Assembly (NCBI GenBank): GCA_020721925.1
Contig: DYLV01000001.1
Location: 4,413-68,412 of the forward strand
Length of the DNA stretch: 64,000 nucleotides
From: Leptospira biflexa
Lineage (GTDB): Bacteria > Spirochaetota > UBA4802 > JAGODF01
Reading direction: 5' to 3'
A program made the translations under genes and the position numbers. Shown here one piece after another: positions 10,890-21,495 of this stretch (positions within the stretch are counted from its first letter, which is position 1; every line of letters begins with the position of its first letter). Under the pieces are notes generated by a model. The model saw nothing but the letters and a program-made list of their open reading frames with translations. It was not told where the DNA came from and did not search any database.

Positions 10890-11645
10890 ATGATGCACGA
10901 AAAAATCCGCATAGAAAACCTGCGAAAATCTTTTGGCCCCAAGACCGTTCTCAATGGGGTGAGTTTTTCTGTGTATGACAAAGAAATCCTCTGTGTTTTG
11001 GGCAAAAGCGGGACCGGAAAATCCGTGATTCTCAAGCATCTTGTAGGATTTCTCAAACCCGACAGCGGTTTTATATACATTGACGAAACTGAGCTGACCG
11101 AAGCCAATGAAAAAACAAAATGCGCACTTCGCGAGAAGTTCGGCATTCTCTTCCAGGGAGCTGCGCTTTTCGATTCGATGGATGTCTTCGACAATGTGGC
11201 GTTCGGACTTCGCCGAATGCGCATACCGGAGGAAGAAATTGCGCGCGTGGTACCCGAAATGCTTGCGCATGTGGGTCTTCGTGGCATTGAAAACAAACGT
11301 CCATCAGAGCTTTCCGGAGGCATGCAGAAACGCGTAGGCCTCGCTCGTGCAATAGCGCTCAAACCCCAAATCATGCTCTACGATGAGCCGACCACCGGAG
11401 TGGATCCCATCACTGCAGGAGCGGTAGACCGATTAATTCTTAAAATGCGTGACACCTTCGGCATCACCTCCGTGGTGGTGACACACGACATGAAATCCGC
11501 GACGAGAATCGCCGATAGAATTGTGATGATCGATGAGGGCAAAGTGCTTGCAGAAGGAAATCCCGGTGATATTATGGGCAGTACTAATCCCATCATCCGT
11601 CAGTTTGTGCAGGGCAAATCCAAACTTGATTTGGCGATACAATGA
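10890..11645 (+). CDS. ABC transporter ATP-binding protein, MlaF-like
   Basis: Walker A is GKSGTGKS, the signature motif is LSGGMQKRVGLARA, and the Walker B/H-loop is LYDEPTTG...VTHD. The ORF opens at 10827, but internal ATGs at 10890 or 10893 give the typical N-terminus MHEKIRIENLRKSFG. Confidence 0.8.
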   Translation: MMHEKIRIENLRKSFGPKTVLNGVSFSVYDKEILCVLGKSGTGKSVILKHLVGFLKPDSGFIYIDETELTEANEKTKCALREKFGILFQGAALFDSMDVFDNVAFGLRRMRIPEEEIARVVPEMLAHVGLRGIENKRPSELSGGMQKRVGLARAIALKPQIMLYDEPTTGVDPITAGAVDRLILKMRDTFGITSVVVTHDMKSATRIADRIVMIDEGKVLAEGNPGDIMGSTNPIIRQFVQGKSKLDLAIQ

Positions 11646-11673
11646 GAAATTATAGTTGTGAAAGGGGCACGCA

Positions 11674-12768
11674 ATGTCTGAAACAAACAATAATCTTCAT
11701 TCGATAACTAATTATCATTCACCAATGTATGCGGATCTCGGGCTTTTCAATCAGCTTTTACAGATGATAGACGGAGACTGGTCCGATTCTATAAAGGGGA
11801 TTTGCAAACATATTCATAGTAGTTTTCACGCACTGGGAGTTTCGCTTGCGGTTTTCGATAAAAATTTTGATGAATTTATCTATCTCGATTACTCCCTTAA
11901 TGAAGACATCCCCGCAAAACTACAAAAAATCAACATCGATTTCAATCTTCAAACTGCAGTCGGAATTCTGAAAAAAGTCCATGAAACATACGCCGAAATT
12001 CTCGAAGACAATATTTTTTCCGGAACACGCCTTGCAAAACTTGCACTTCATTATTTTGATGGAGATAAAGAAAAATTTCGCATAATAGAGAATGACATTG
12101 GATTGAAAACCGTCGCATCGTTCCCGGTGCTTGAATCGAATAAACGATTCAAATGTGTTTTTTTTATTTTCACCGGCCGTGATATTAGCGACGAGGATAA
12201 GGTCATGTTGGATAGCTATGTGCCTCAGCTCGATGTCGCACTTGAAATCGTTTTTCTGGTGCGGGAGCTCTATCTCAAGGCAACCCACGACAACCTCACT
12301 ATGCTTTTCAATCGCAAACATGGAGAGTCGCTGATTTCATCTGAACTCGAACGGGTGAAGCGCAGCAAAAGCCCTCTTTGTGTTGTTCTTCTTGACCTTG
12401 ACCACTTCAAATCTGTAAACGATACGTACGGGCACGCGGCAGGGGATATGGTACTCAAAATGGTTGCGCACATACTCACCAGTAGTCTTCGCAAATGCGA
12501 CATCATCTGTCGTCATGGAGGAGAAGAATTTCTTTTAGGGCTTATTGACACTGATGTCAATGGGGCGATCGAAGTCACCAGGAGGCTGAAAGACCGTATT
12601 CAGATGTGCAAAATTCCATATAACAATACAATCATACAAATCACTGCAAGCCTGGGCTTAGCCGAGTACGACCCCAAATTGCATCAGAGTCTTCAGGCGC
12701 TTATAGATCATGCCGACAGAAAAATGTATGATGCAAAAAAAAGTGGAAGAAATAAAATCGCATATTAA
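11674..12768 (+). CDS. diguanylate cyclase (GGDEF domain) with an uncharacterised N-terminal sensor domain
   Basis: The C-terminal half has the RHGGEEFLLGL GG(D/E)EF active-site motif and an upstream RxxD-like region. The roughly 190-aa N-terminal domain has no motif I recognise. An AAAGGGG RBS is present. Confidence 0.8.
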   Translation: MSETNNNLHSITNYHSPMYADLGLFNQLLQMIDGDWSDSIKGICKHIHSSFHALGVSLAVFDKNFDEFIYLDYSLNEDIPAKLQKINIDFNLQTAVGILKKVHETYAEILEDNIFSGTRLAKLALHYFDGDKEKFRIIENDIGLKTVASFPVLESNKRFKCVFFIFTGRDISDEDKVMLDSYVPQLDVALEIVFLVRELYLKATHDNLTMLFNRKHGESLISSELERVKRSKSPLCVVLLDLDHFKSVNDTYGHAAGDMVLKMVAHILTSSLRKCDIICRHGGEEFLLGLIDTDVNGAIEVTRRLKDRIQMCKIPYNNTIIQITASLGLAEYDPKLHQSLQALIDHADRKMYDAKKSGRNKIAY

Positions 12769-12778
12769 GGAGGCCGCT

Positions 12779-13495
12779 ATGAAAACTAAAATCGTTCCAA
12801 TCATCCTTGCCTTTGCAATCCCTTTAAGCTGCACCACATTAAAGGGCTTATTCAGCAAGGAAGGGGTTTACATGAAAAAGGAACTGCCCGGAGGGGTACA
12901 ATACGAAGGATGGATTATTAAAGGCACACCGAACGGAATAGGGAAAGCGGAATTCCCAAACGGTAATAAATACAACGGAGAATGGAAGGATGGCAAAATG
13001 CATGGCAAAGGCGTTTTTACCTTCTCGAACGGTTCGAAATACGAAGGAGAGTTTAAAGAAGATAAACGCCACGGTAGGGGAAAGTACTTCTTTTCAAACG
13101 GCAATATTTTCGAAGGCTACTTTGTAGACGACAGAATGGCCGACGAAGGAACACTCACCATGAAGGGAGGCGACGTGTACACAGGCCAATTTAAAAACGG
13201 CACAATAGAAGGAAAAGGTACCATCGCCTACGCCGACGGGAAAAAGTATGAGGGCTATTTCAAAAATTCAAAATTCGACGGAGAGGGTGTGTATTCAATG
13301 CCCAATGGCGAGAAGTACACTGGAACATTCCGCGACGGTCTTCAGGATGGAAAAGGTACCTATATTTTCCCAAACGGGGAAAAATACGAGGGTGACTTTT
13401 CAAGAGGAAGTATGCACGGAAATGGCGTGTACTACTACAAAGACGGCAGCATTCGCAGAGGAAAGTGGATTAACGGCATCGCGGTCGATAAATGA
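12779..13495 (+). CDS. MORN-repeat protein with signal peptide (probable lipoprotein)
   Basis: The signal/lipobox is MKTKIVPIILAFAIPLSCTT. Repeated YEGxxKdGKxHGKG units match MORN repeats. A strong TAAGGAGG RBS lies upstream. Confidence 0.75.
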   Translation: MKTKIVPIILAFAIPLSCTTLKGLFSKEGVYMKKELPGGVQYEGWIIKGTPNGIGKAEFPNGNKYNGEWKDGKMHGKGVFTFSNGSKYEGEFKEDKRHGRGKYFFSNGNIFEGYFVDDRMADEGTLTMKGGDVYTGQFKNGTIEGKGTIAYADGKKYEGYFKNSKFDGEGVYSMPNGEKYTGTFRDGLQDGKGTYIFPNGEKYEGDFSRGSMHGNGVYYYKDGSIRRGKWINGIAVDK

Positions 13496-14841
13496 AAAAT
13501 ATCATTTTACAGTTATCTCCTATTCAGAAAGTACTGATAAGCTTCATTTTGCTTATTGTATGCGGCTCAATCCTTCTTAAGATCCCCGGCGCAACAGCTT
13601 CGGGGATAAGCTTTATTGATGCCTTATTCACTTCAACTTCGGCAGTCTGCGTAACAGGCCTGATAGTAAAGGATACTGCTCGCGATTTCACCCTTTTCGG
13701 AAAAGTCATCATAGCCATTCTCATTCAGTTTGGCGGTCTTGGCATAATGACGTTTTCGCTGGCCATGGTTTCCATGTTTCAGAAAAGCATTTCACTCAAA
13801 TGGAGGTTCGCATTTGAAAACCTCTACAGCGATATTCGCAAAGTCCCCATTCGAAATCTGCTCGGCAGAATTGTCATATATACATTTTTTTTCGAAGGCA
13901 TCATCTCCATTGGTCTGTTCACCGTGTTCATATACGATCATCACCCACTTGAAGCTGTCGGACATGCAGTCTTTCATTCTATATCTGCTTTCTGCAATGC
14001 GGGCTTTTCCACCTTTTCCAATAATCTGGAAAACTACCGTGGCAACATCGCGCTCAACATCTTCATAATGCTCGCAATAATCATTGGCGGGCTGGGGTTT
14101 ATAGTGATTCACGAAATCCGTCGGCAATTTGTGCGCAGTCTCAATAGGCATTTTTTTTCAGGCTTCTCTCATCATGCGAAACTGGTACTTTTAACTACTC
14201 TTTTACTGATAGTTACCGGCACTGCGGTTATTCTGCTTCTCGAATGGAATCACGCAATCTCACCATTTTCATTCAGCGATCGCGCAATCGTATCTTTATT
14301 TCAATCAGTTACCTGCAGAACAGCGGGTTTCAATACTGTCGATATTTCACGATTTCGCCAAAGCACGCAGCTTTTTATGATTATGCTCATGTTCATTGGA
14401 GGCTCGTCCGGTTCCATCGCCGGAGGAGTCAAGACAACAACTGCTGCAATTATATTGTTAATGATCATATCCAAATTTAAGGGGCAAAATCAGCTCATTC
14501 TTTGGAAACGAGCAATTGATGAAGATACAATTGACAGGAGTATGCTACTTGTGTTACTATCGATAATATTTATATTTGTCACCGTATTTTTGCTATTGTC
14601 AATTTGCACTTCTGATATTATGGAACCGATGTTAAATATACTTTTTGAGACGGTTTCAGCATTTGGAACCGTAGGTCTTTCCTTAGGAACCACATTGAAG
14701 CTAAGCGAAGCGGGGAAAATACTCATCTGCATTGTTATGTTTATTGGACGGCTCGGTCCTCTCACACTTATGATGGCGCTTGCGGAAAAGAAGCACGAAA
14801 CTGAAATATTCTATCCCGAAGAACACATCATGATAGGATGA
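13492..14841 (+). CDS. ktrB: K+ uptake transporter membrane subunit (KtrB/TrkH family)
   Basis: 449 aa and polytopic, with repeated selectivity-filter-like GxG segments (TGLIV, GGLG, GFNT, GTVGLS). The start overlaps the upstream stop (ATGA). It is followed by a KtrA-like gene. Confidence 0.8.
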   Translation: MKNIILQLSPIQKVLISFILLIVCGSILLKIPGATASGISFIDALFTSTSAVCVTGLIVKDTARDFTLFGKVIIAILIQFGGLGIMTFSLAMVSMFQKSISLKWRFAFENLYSDIRKVPIRNLLGRIVIYTFFFEGIISIGLFTVFIYDHHPLEAVGHAVFHSISAFCNAGFSTFSNNLENYRGNIALNIFIMLAIIIGGLGFIVIHEIRRQFVRSLNRHFFSGFSHHAKLVLLTTLLLIVTGTAVILLLEWNHAISPFSFSDRAIVSLFQSVTCRTAGFNTVDISRFRQSTQLFMIMLMFIGGSSGSIAGGVKTTTAAIILLMIISKFKGQNQLILWKRAIDEDTIDRSMLLVLLSIIFIFVTVFLLLSICTSDIMEPMLNILFETVSAFGTVGLSLGTTLKLSEAGKILICIVMFIGRLGPLTLMMALAEKKHETEIFYPEEHIMIG

Positions 14842-14848
14842 TACGATT

Positions 14849-15532
14849 ATGAAAAAGTTTGTGGTAATTGGGCTTGGCAATTTCGGTTTGACATTGGCCA
14901 GAAGCCTCATAGAAAATAGATGTGAGGTGCTCGGTATCGACCAATCGCGCGAAACAGCCAACGAAGCAAAGGAATTTCTCACGCACGTCATCATTGGAGA
15001 CGCATCAAAACGCGAAGTGCTTGAAGCGCTTTCATTAAAGGATTTCGATGGTGCAGTGGTAAGCATCGGGCAGAAAATGGAACCGAGTATTCTTATTTCC
15101 CTGTACCTAAAAGAAATCGGACTGAGCCGCATCATTGTTCGCTCTATTACCGATGATCACGGTAAAATTCTCACTCAAATCGGCGTCAGCGATGTCATAT
15201 TCCCCGAAAGGGATATGGCCATCAGGCTTGCGCGAGCACTTTCAATGAAAAACGTTGTCGATTATCTTCCCTTAGGCGAAGACTACGGCATAATTGAAAT
15301 AGTCCCGCCAAAAAAGTTTTTCGGGAAAACTCTCAAAGAGCTACGAATTCCAAATACATACAACTGTCAGGTAATCGGTCTGAAATATTTTCCCACCGAA
15401 CAATCGCCGATGCTCGATGATAGAAATCTAAATGTGAAAATGGCGCCTTCGGCTGACGATATCATCAGGGAGGGTATGATGATGATAATGATCGGAAAAT
15501 ATGAAGATCTTGCGAAAGTGCAATCTCTTTAG
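14849..15532 (+). CDS. ktrA: K+ uptake regulatory subunit (KtrA/TrkA-N, RCK domain)
   Basis: MKKFVVIGLGNFG is a Rossmann GxGxxG. Length 227 aa (NAD-binding TrkA-N plus TrkA-C) matches KtrA. Confidence 0.8.
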   Translation: MKKFVVIGLGNFGLTLARSLIENRCEVLGIDQSRETANEAKEFLTHVIIGDASKREVLEALSLKDFDGAVVSIGQKMEPSILISLYLKEIGLSRIIVRSITDDHGKILTQIGVSDVIFPERDMAIRLARALSMKNVVDYLPLGEDYGIIEIVPPKKFFGKTLKELRIPNTYNCQVIGLKYFPTEQSPMLDDRNLNVKMAPSADDIIREGMMMIMIGKYEDLAKVQSL

Positions 15533-15584
15533 CCGGTTATAACAGCGCCAGCAGGCATCATCGTCAATATGACCAAATTCGTAG

Positions 15585-16451
15585 CTATTCTGCTGTGCAA
15601 GACGAAACGTGATCCACGATCCATGTGCCGATTGTTTTGATTACTTTTTTCCTTTCTTCGTGACGCTCGTTAATCGTTTCATGCAAAAGCCCGTCGAAGG
15701 TGAATAACTGTTTATCTTTCGAGCTCGCATTTTCAAAAATTATTATACTTCCTTTCGGACTCACCATCCTATCCGCCATGCCATGAACAATGAGTAGAGG
15801 GAGTTCGATCTCGGCGGGCCGTGAAAGGCAATATTCCGCCGTATCAAGATATTCTGTGTACCATCTCGCAGTCACCATATCATGTACAAGAGGATCATCC
15901 CGATACGCCTGCACCACATCCGGATCGCTCGAAATATCTGCCGGATCCAGCTCATTATTCATGGCAAGCGATGGTGCAAGGAAAGAACACACACGCCCCA
16001 GCATTTTTTTCCAGCGAGGGACCTTCACCGCGGAAATCAACGCCGGAGCTGAAAGCACCAGCGCGGAAAAATCATCAGGATATTCCAGCACATAGCGAAA
16101 TGCGATCAAACCGCCCATGCTGTGTCCCAAAAGAATCAAGGGGCACTTCCCCACCATGGGTTTGATGATTTCATCAATAAATTTTTTTATATCATCAACA
16201 TATTTCATGAACCGTTCAGTATGTCCTCTCTTTCCCCCGGATTTTCCGTGCCCCCTATGGTCGATCGCGAAGAAAGAAATGCCACTCCCCCCTAAATACT
16301 CCATCAGGTTTGTATAGCGATCCGAATGTTCCCCCAGCCCATGAGAAATTACTACCGCACCCCTGCTCTGTTGAGCGAGCCAGCACTGGTAAAATATTCG
16401 CACATTGTCGTCAGCCAAAAAGACTCCTGTCTTATGTTCAAACTTTTTCAT
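15585..16451 (-). CDS. alpha/beta hydrolase (lysophospholipase / monoglyceride lipase-like)
   Basis: HGLGEHSDRY, the nucleophile elbow GHSMGG, and the overall 288-aa architecture fit this family. Confidence 0.75.
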   Translation of the reverse strand: MKKFEHKTGVFLADDNVRIFYQCWLAQQSRGAVVISHGLGEHSDRYTNLMEYLGGSGISFFAIDHRGHGKSGGKRGHTERFMKYVDDIKKFIDEIIKPMVGKCPLILLGHSMGGLIAFRYVLEYPDDFSALVLSAPALISAVKVPRWKKMLGRVCSFLAPSLAMNNELDPADISSDPDVVQAYRDDPLVHDMVTARWYTEYLDTAEYCLSRPAEIELPLLIVHGMADRMVSPKGSIIIFENASSKDKQLFTFDGLLHETINERHEERKKVIKTIGTWIVDHVSSCTAE

Positions 16452-16460
16452 TTTCCCCTC

Positions 16461-17297
16461 TCAGGCAAATTGCATCGAAAGGTCAAATGCCTTCACCGAA
16501 TGCGTAAGCGCTCCCATAGAAACATAGGTCACTTTCAAATTTTTTAGTGCTGACAGGCGATCTTCAGTAATATTGCCTGAAATTTCTGTTTTTGCTTTTT
16601 CCCCTATCAACGCAATGCACGATGCCATGATATCCATATCCATGTTATCGAACATGATGATATCGGCTCCGGCATCCAGTGCCTGCATCACCTCTTTTTC
16701 GCCTGTCACTTCTACTTCGATTTTGTAGCGACTTCCGTGTACTCTGCGTACCGCTTCAACGGCAGGAATGATACCGCCGGCAGCTTTGATGTGATTATCC
16801 TTAATCATCACCATATCGAAAAGGCCAAATCGATGATTGTGTCCCCCCCCCATTTTTACTGAATATTTATCGATTGCGCGAAGTCCAGGGGCAGTCTTTC
16901 TCGTATCGAGTACCGTAATACCCGTCCCTGCCAGCATCTGGACAGCCTTTGCGGTTGCCGTGGCGATTCCGCACATGCGCTGTAAAAAATTAAGCATCAC
17001 CCGTTCGCCTGTTAAAAGCGATGCCGCAGGACCATTGAGCTCGAAGGCAATTTCTCCTTTATGAATTATTTTTCCATCTTCTTTCAAATATTTTATTCTG
17101 ACGGAAGGATCCAGTTCGCCATAAATATAGTCGGGAAGCATACCAGCACAGAAAACCCCATCGTCTTTGGCAATTATTTTAGCATTTCCTGGTTCTGTGC
17201 CCACAAATATCGCCGAGGTGGTTATATCACCCGTTCCGATGTCCTCTTTGAGTGCAAGCCGTACAATATCTATCACTTCAGATTTTAACAACGCCAT
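16461..17297 (-). CDS. nadC: nicotinate-nucleotide pyrophosphorylase (quinolinate phosphoribosyltransferase)
   Basis: 278 aa with a conserved QPRTase core (LDTRKTAPGLR, MIKDNHI). Confidence 0.85.
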   Translation of the reverse strand: MALLKSEVIDIVRLALKEDIGTGDITTSAIFVGTEPGNAKIIAKDDGVFCAGMLPDYIYGELDPSVRIKYLKEDGKIIHKGEIAFELNGPAASLLTGERVMLNFLQRMCGIATATAKAVQMLAGTGITVLDTRKTAPGLRAIDKYSVKMGGGHNHRFGLFDMVMIKDNHIKAAGGIIPAVEAVRRVHGSRYKIEVEVTGEKEVMQALDAGADIIMFDNMDMDIMASCIALIGEKAKTEISGNITEDRLSALKNLKVTYVSMGALTHSVKAFDLSMQFA

Positions 17298-17579
17298 ACC
17301 CTACTCTCATGCATTGATGACTGATATCAATCTATCAATCGCCCAACAGAAATGTATCTTTGAAAAATACCATACTCAGGTCAAATAAAAATGATGGAAG
17401 TTCTTTCTTTTTTTTGTTGAAATTAATCACTCGATGCTGATACATACTAATACCGCATCTTCGATGCGTATGCGCACAAAGATGTTTCCCGACAACCGAG
17501 TACCGTGATCAAACAGGCGAAGTCGCATGATGAATTAACGCAATGGCCGAGATGAGAGATTCAATTTCGGAAAAGGGTG

Positions 17580-19520
17580 ATGGCTGAAGGAAAAGACATA
17601 AAAAAAATTGAACGGAGAGCGAAAGCGCTCCTTTTAAGCAAGGACATCCCGCCTGAAAAAATGGAAATTGTTCGGACTCTGCTGAACAATAAATCACTTC
17701 TTGATGAGGAGCGATACAGCGCGGTAATTGAGCTGATCCATACCTGTCCCGACAAACCTGTTAAAGGGCCGCTTTTTACAAGCATCGAGCTCAATGAAAA
17801 GAAAAAAGAAGCCCAGAGAGCGTTTAAGACCCCCGAAGTTCCTTCTGTTGTTGTCCCCGCATTCACCGCCGCCTATCTGGACGATATAGTAAAAACATAC
17901 AAAAAATACGCACTTTTCAAAAAAAGATACCTCACACGCTCCGGCAATAAAATTGGCTTCTGGTTTAAAAAACGTCTCATCCCTACAAAAAAACTTCTGA
18001 AAATACTCGGCGAGATAGCTCATTTTAAAGACACCACATGCATGTTTATCGATAATGTACTGGCATCAATGCTCCATGATGAAACTTTTACTGATATTGC
18101 CGCTTTCAATTATCTTTCCAAACTCACTACCCACATCGGATCCCTCACACTTTCACGTTACTCCTTTGATACCGTCAAGTGGATGGAACGGGAGGACTTC
18201 GAACGCGAGTTAAAAGATTTTACCTCTGGATTTATTTCATATTTCATACTGCCTGCAGAAACCAAAGAGCACATTATTCACGTGTTTGAAAACTCCCTTT
18301 CCAACATGGAGGGCTACCACAAAGCCGTGATAAACGAACGCGACAGCGATAAAACAAAGAAAGAAAAGGAAAAATTAAATCTCGAAGCGGAAAAAAAGAA
18401 ATATGCTGCTGTTCTGGCAATAAGAACATTCTTTCTTTCCCAGCAAAACGGTGAATGCGCACTTTCCTATCAGCTGGAGCGCAAATATGGAATTCCCTCG
18501 CTCCCCTGGCTTCTCATCGCCCTGCACGAAGCGCTTGTCTTCCAGCGCGAGGTGAAGATGGAGGAAATTGCAGCATATTATAAAACATCCGCAATAACAG
18601 TAAAAGAGGATTCATATTATTATGACGCCGCTGCTTTGAAAAAATTCCGAAAAGACGATGAAAGCCTTCGCAAAAACAAGATCGAATCGATAAAAGAAGA
18701 GCTTGACCACTTCGAGGAAATATATTTATTCCTAAAAACCGAAATATCAGGAGAAAATCTTCTTTTACGCTGTTTCGATGATCAGTGGCGCCTAATCGAT
18801 AAACGAAGGGGTGATTCGTCTGAAGTGTTCAAAACCGATTTCATCGGCTTTATCGACGGGCTGGTGAATTATTTCAAAACTTTTTTTCTTCACGTTCTGG
18901 ACGGCAGCATTATTTTTTTTGAAACCGATGCTAAGGAAACCATAGAAGGGCGCATATTCGATGCTTCGTTTTTTGAAAGAGAAATACATGAATTCGATGA
19001 TATAATGCAAGAGTTCTACTCCTTCCGTATGAATAATCCCAACATGATTATTTCCTATGAAGAACTTCAAAAAATATTCAAAGGCCAGATTAAATCGATG
19101 ATTTCCGTCGCTACCCTTTTAAAAAAGATTGGAAGCGTATTTCAACGATTTGCACGCACTCTTCATGATGTCATAGACGGCTATAAAAACTGGGTTCGCC
19201 GCGGCAGGCCTGCCTCTGATATATCCGCCAAGCGAATTCCACTTGATCAATCCACTCGCGATTCCGAGCTTAGAGAGGGATTGCGCGCTTTGCCCTATTA
19301 CGATTGCCGCTTCAAAGCTCTTCACGATTCAACCCCTCTGGTAAAATCATTTTCTGGGCACGCAATCATAAATCCGGATTTCAACGAAGGACTCATCGTT
19401 TCTATTACCGCCTTTTGCTATCAGATAGCGTATGAATGCGGTAATGATGAAATTCTTGCAGACCTCGAAGAAAGAAAAAAAATACTCAAAACGCTCCGCG
19501 AGCTAGCCGAACAACCATGA
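17580..19520 (+). CDS. hypothetical protein (646 aa, cytoplasmic, Lys/Glu-rich); first gene of a coupled pair upstream of parAB
   Basis: A long ORF with good coding statistics and an AAAAGGG RBS. I recognise no motif. It overlaps the next gene by ATGA. Confidence 0.6.
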   Translation: MAEGKDIKKIERRAKALLLSKDIPPEKMEIVRTLLNNKSLLDEERYSAVIELIHTCPDKPVKGPLFTSIELNEKKKEAQRAFKTPEVPSVVVPAFTAAYLDDIVKTYKKYALFKKRYLTRSGNKIGFWFKKRLIPTKKLLKILGEIAHFKDTTCMFIDNVLASMLHDETFTDIAAFNYLSKLTTHIGSLTLSRYSFDTVKWMEREDFERELKDFTSGFISYFILPAETKEHIIHVFENSLSNMEGYHKAVINERDSDKTKKEKEKLNLEAEKKKYAAVLAIRTFFLSQQNGECALSYQLERKYGIPSLPWLLIALHEALVFQREVKMEEIAAYYKTSAITVKEDSYYYDAAALKKFRKDDESLRKNKIESIKEELDHFEEIYLFLKTEISGENLLLRCFDDQWRLIDKRRGDSSEVFKTDFIGFIDGLVNYFKTFFLHVLDGSIIFFETDAKETIEGRIFDASFFEREIHEFDDIMQEFYSFRMNNPNMIISYEELQKIFKGQIKSMISVATLLKKIGSVFQRFARTLHDVIDGYKNWVRRGRPASDISAKRIPLDQSTRDSELREGLRALPYYDCRFKALHDSTPLVKSFSGHAIINPDFNEGLIVSITAFCYQIAYECGNDEILADLEERKKILKTLRELAEQP

Positions 19521-20719
19521 TCAGGAAATGGATTTTTACAACGGTACTTTCATCCGCATGTGCACTGACTCTTGTTTCTGAAAATTCTGCGGCGGAAAAA
19601 CCTGTTGGCCTTGTAAAAGGGCGATTCGACCACATAGAAATATTGCTCAATCACTATAAAATCCCATTTGAAATTATCCCCTTCACGGATCTTGAAAAAA
19701 AAGATTGTTTAAAAAAATATACGGCCGTATTTTTCCCCTGTGGGTTGGGTAGATCACCAGAATCCCATATAGATGTTTCTGCAAGCGGTTATTTCGTGCA
19801 CAGCGTATCCATGAAAGATCTTCAAAAAAAAATCGAAATGGAAAAGATATACGAAAACATCAGGGATTTTATCGGCGCGGGCGGTTCTGCATATTTTTCA
19901 GATTTCTCCTATGATATTCTCCAGCAAACGTTTCACTGCTTCAATTTTTATTTCAACTTCCCAAATCTTGGACTTTCAGGAAGATATCCCGCAAAACTGA
20001 ATAACCCACTTCGATTATTCCTCAATCGAGAAAAGACAGATGTTTTTATGCCGCATGAAGGATGGGTGCTGATACAATCGGTAGAAGGTGCGGATATAAT
20101 TGCTGAAGGGGAAGTGGAGACCCCACGCGGCATACTCAATGCCCGCATCATTTCATTGCTCACGCGAGGTTCAGGAGAAATAATATATTCAAGTTATCAC
20201 TCATCTGAGCATGCTGATGAAATTATGCGCTACATGATATTTAGAATAACCCGGAAAGGGATGTTTGCATATCATACGCCCACAATAAACAAATGGAACC
20301 AGATTATTACATCAGAACTACTCGATGCAATCCTCCCTGGCGAAAATGCCCGTTCCCACACCGTCCTGTTAGAAAAAGGGAAAAATACCATATATTTTTA
20401 TGCCAAAAAAGGTATTTTTCAGGTTGACCTGTATACAAAAGACATGAAGCTTGTTCTTTCTAAAGATACAGGTTCCAATAATTTTTCAATTGACGTTAAT
20501 GCACCTCATTCAGGTGAATATATTATATCATTGTATGGAAGCGGTGATTATTCCTACACGCCGTTTGCAGTGATTACCGCTGCCGGATGGCGGCTGATTC
20601 CATACGTTACGGCAGTACGGGTTATTTTCGCGTTTATTGCGGTTTTCATCGTTTCGGTTATCATCACCGCGTATCGGCTCTCTCATCCAAAAGAAATTGG
20701 CGGGCGAATCAGGCGTTAG
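19517..20719 (+). CDS. hypothetical exported/membrane-anchored protein (400 aa)
   Basis: The N-terminal signal peptide is [27 protein letters not shown] single C-terminal TM helix ([18 protein letters not shown]) is followed by a basic tail. No catalytic motif recognised. Confidence 0.6.
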   Translation: MIRKWIFTTVLSSACALTLVSENSAAEKPVGLVKGRFDHIEILLNHYKIPFEIIPFTDLEKKDCLKKYTAVFFPCGLGRSPESHIDVSASGYFVHSVSMKDLQKKIEMEKIYENIRDFIGAGGSAYFSDFSYDILQQTFHCFNFYFNFPNLGLSGRYPAKLNNPLRLFLNREKTDVFMPHEGWVLIQSVEGADIIAEGEVETPRGILNARIISLLTRGSGEIIYSSYHSSEHADEIMRYMIFRITRKGMFAYHTPTINKWNQIITSELLDAILPGENARSHTVLLEKGKNTIYFYAKKGIFQVDLYTKDMKLVLSKDTGSNNFSIDVNAPHSGEYIISLYGSGDYSYTPFAVITAAGWRLIPYVTAVRVIFAFIAVFIVSVIITAYRLSHPKEIGGRIRR

Positions 20720-20730
20720 GCAGGCATGCA

Positions 20731-21495
20731 ATGGGAAGAATAATTTCCATATCGAATCAGAAGGGTGGAGTTGGCAAAACCACCACAACGATCAATCTCG
20801 CATCTTTCATAGCAGAAAAAGGCCGGAGAGTCCTCATAATCGACATCGATCCTCAGGCCAATGCCGGCTATGGTCTGGGAATAAATGTTGAAGAGCTTGG
20901 CTCTACCGTGTATGAAGTGCTTATCGGTTCCATCGACATCAAAGACGCAATCTTCAAAACAGCAATCGATAATCTCTTTATCGTACCCTCAAACATTCAT
21001 CTCTCCGGTGCACAGGTTGACCTTCTCGATATGGAAAACAAAGAATTCATACTGCGAAATGCCATAAAAGCGATCAAAAACGAATATGATTATATTTTCA
21101 TCGATTGCCCTCCCTCATTGGGGATTCTCACGTTAAACAGCCTTGTAGCAGCGGATACGGTGCTTATTCCTCTTCAATGCGAGTATTATGCTCTGGAGGG
21201 ATTAAGCCAGCTTTTAAAAATTATTGCAATGGTTCAAGAAAAGCTCAACAGAAACCTTCGTATTGAAGGGGTGCTTCTAACCATGTACGATTCCCGCACC
21301 AATCTATCACAGCAAGTAGTAAATGATATTCGGGATTATTTTAAAGACAAAGTGTTTTCCACCATCATACCCCGCAATGTTAAGCTCTCAGAAGCGCCAT
21401 CATTTGGCAAGCCAATCAATGTCTACGATCGTCATTGCGTGGGGAGTGAAACCTATGAAAAGCTTGCCACAGAGGTATTGAACAATGTCAAATAA
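20731..21495 (+). CDS. parA: chromosome partitioning ATPase ParA/Soj
   Basis: [24 protein letters not shown] is the deviant Walker A KGGVGKTT. The ORF opens at 20587, but the ATG at 20731 gives the canonical N-terminus. Confidence 0.9.
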   Translation: MGRIISISNQKGGVGKTTTTINLASFIAEKGRRVLIIDIDPQANAGYGLGINVEELGSTVYEVLIGSIDIKDAIFKTAIDNLFIVPSNIHLSGAQVDLLDMENKEFILRNAIKAIKNEYDYIFIDCPPSLGILTLNSLVAADTVLIPLQCEYYALEGLSQLLKIIAMVQEKLNRNLRIEGVLLTMYDSRTNLSQQVVNDIRDYFKDKVFSTIIPRNVKLSEAPSFGKPINVYDRHCVGSETYEKLATEVLNNVK

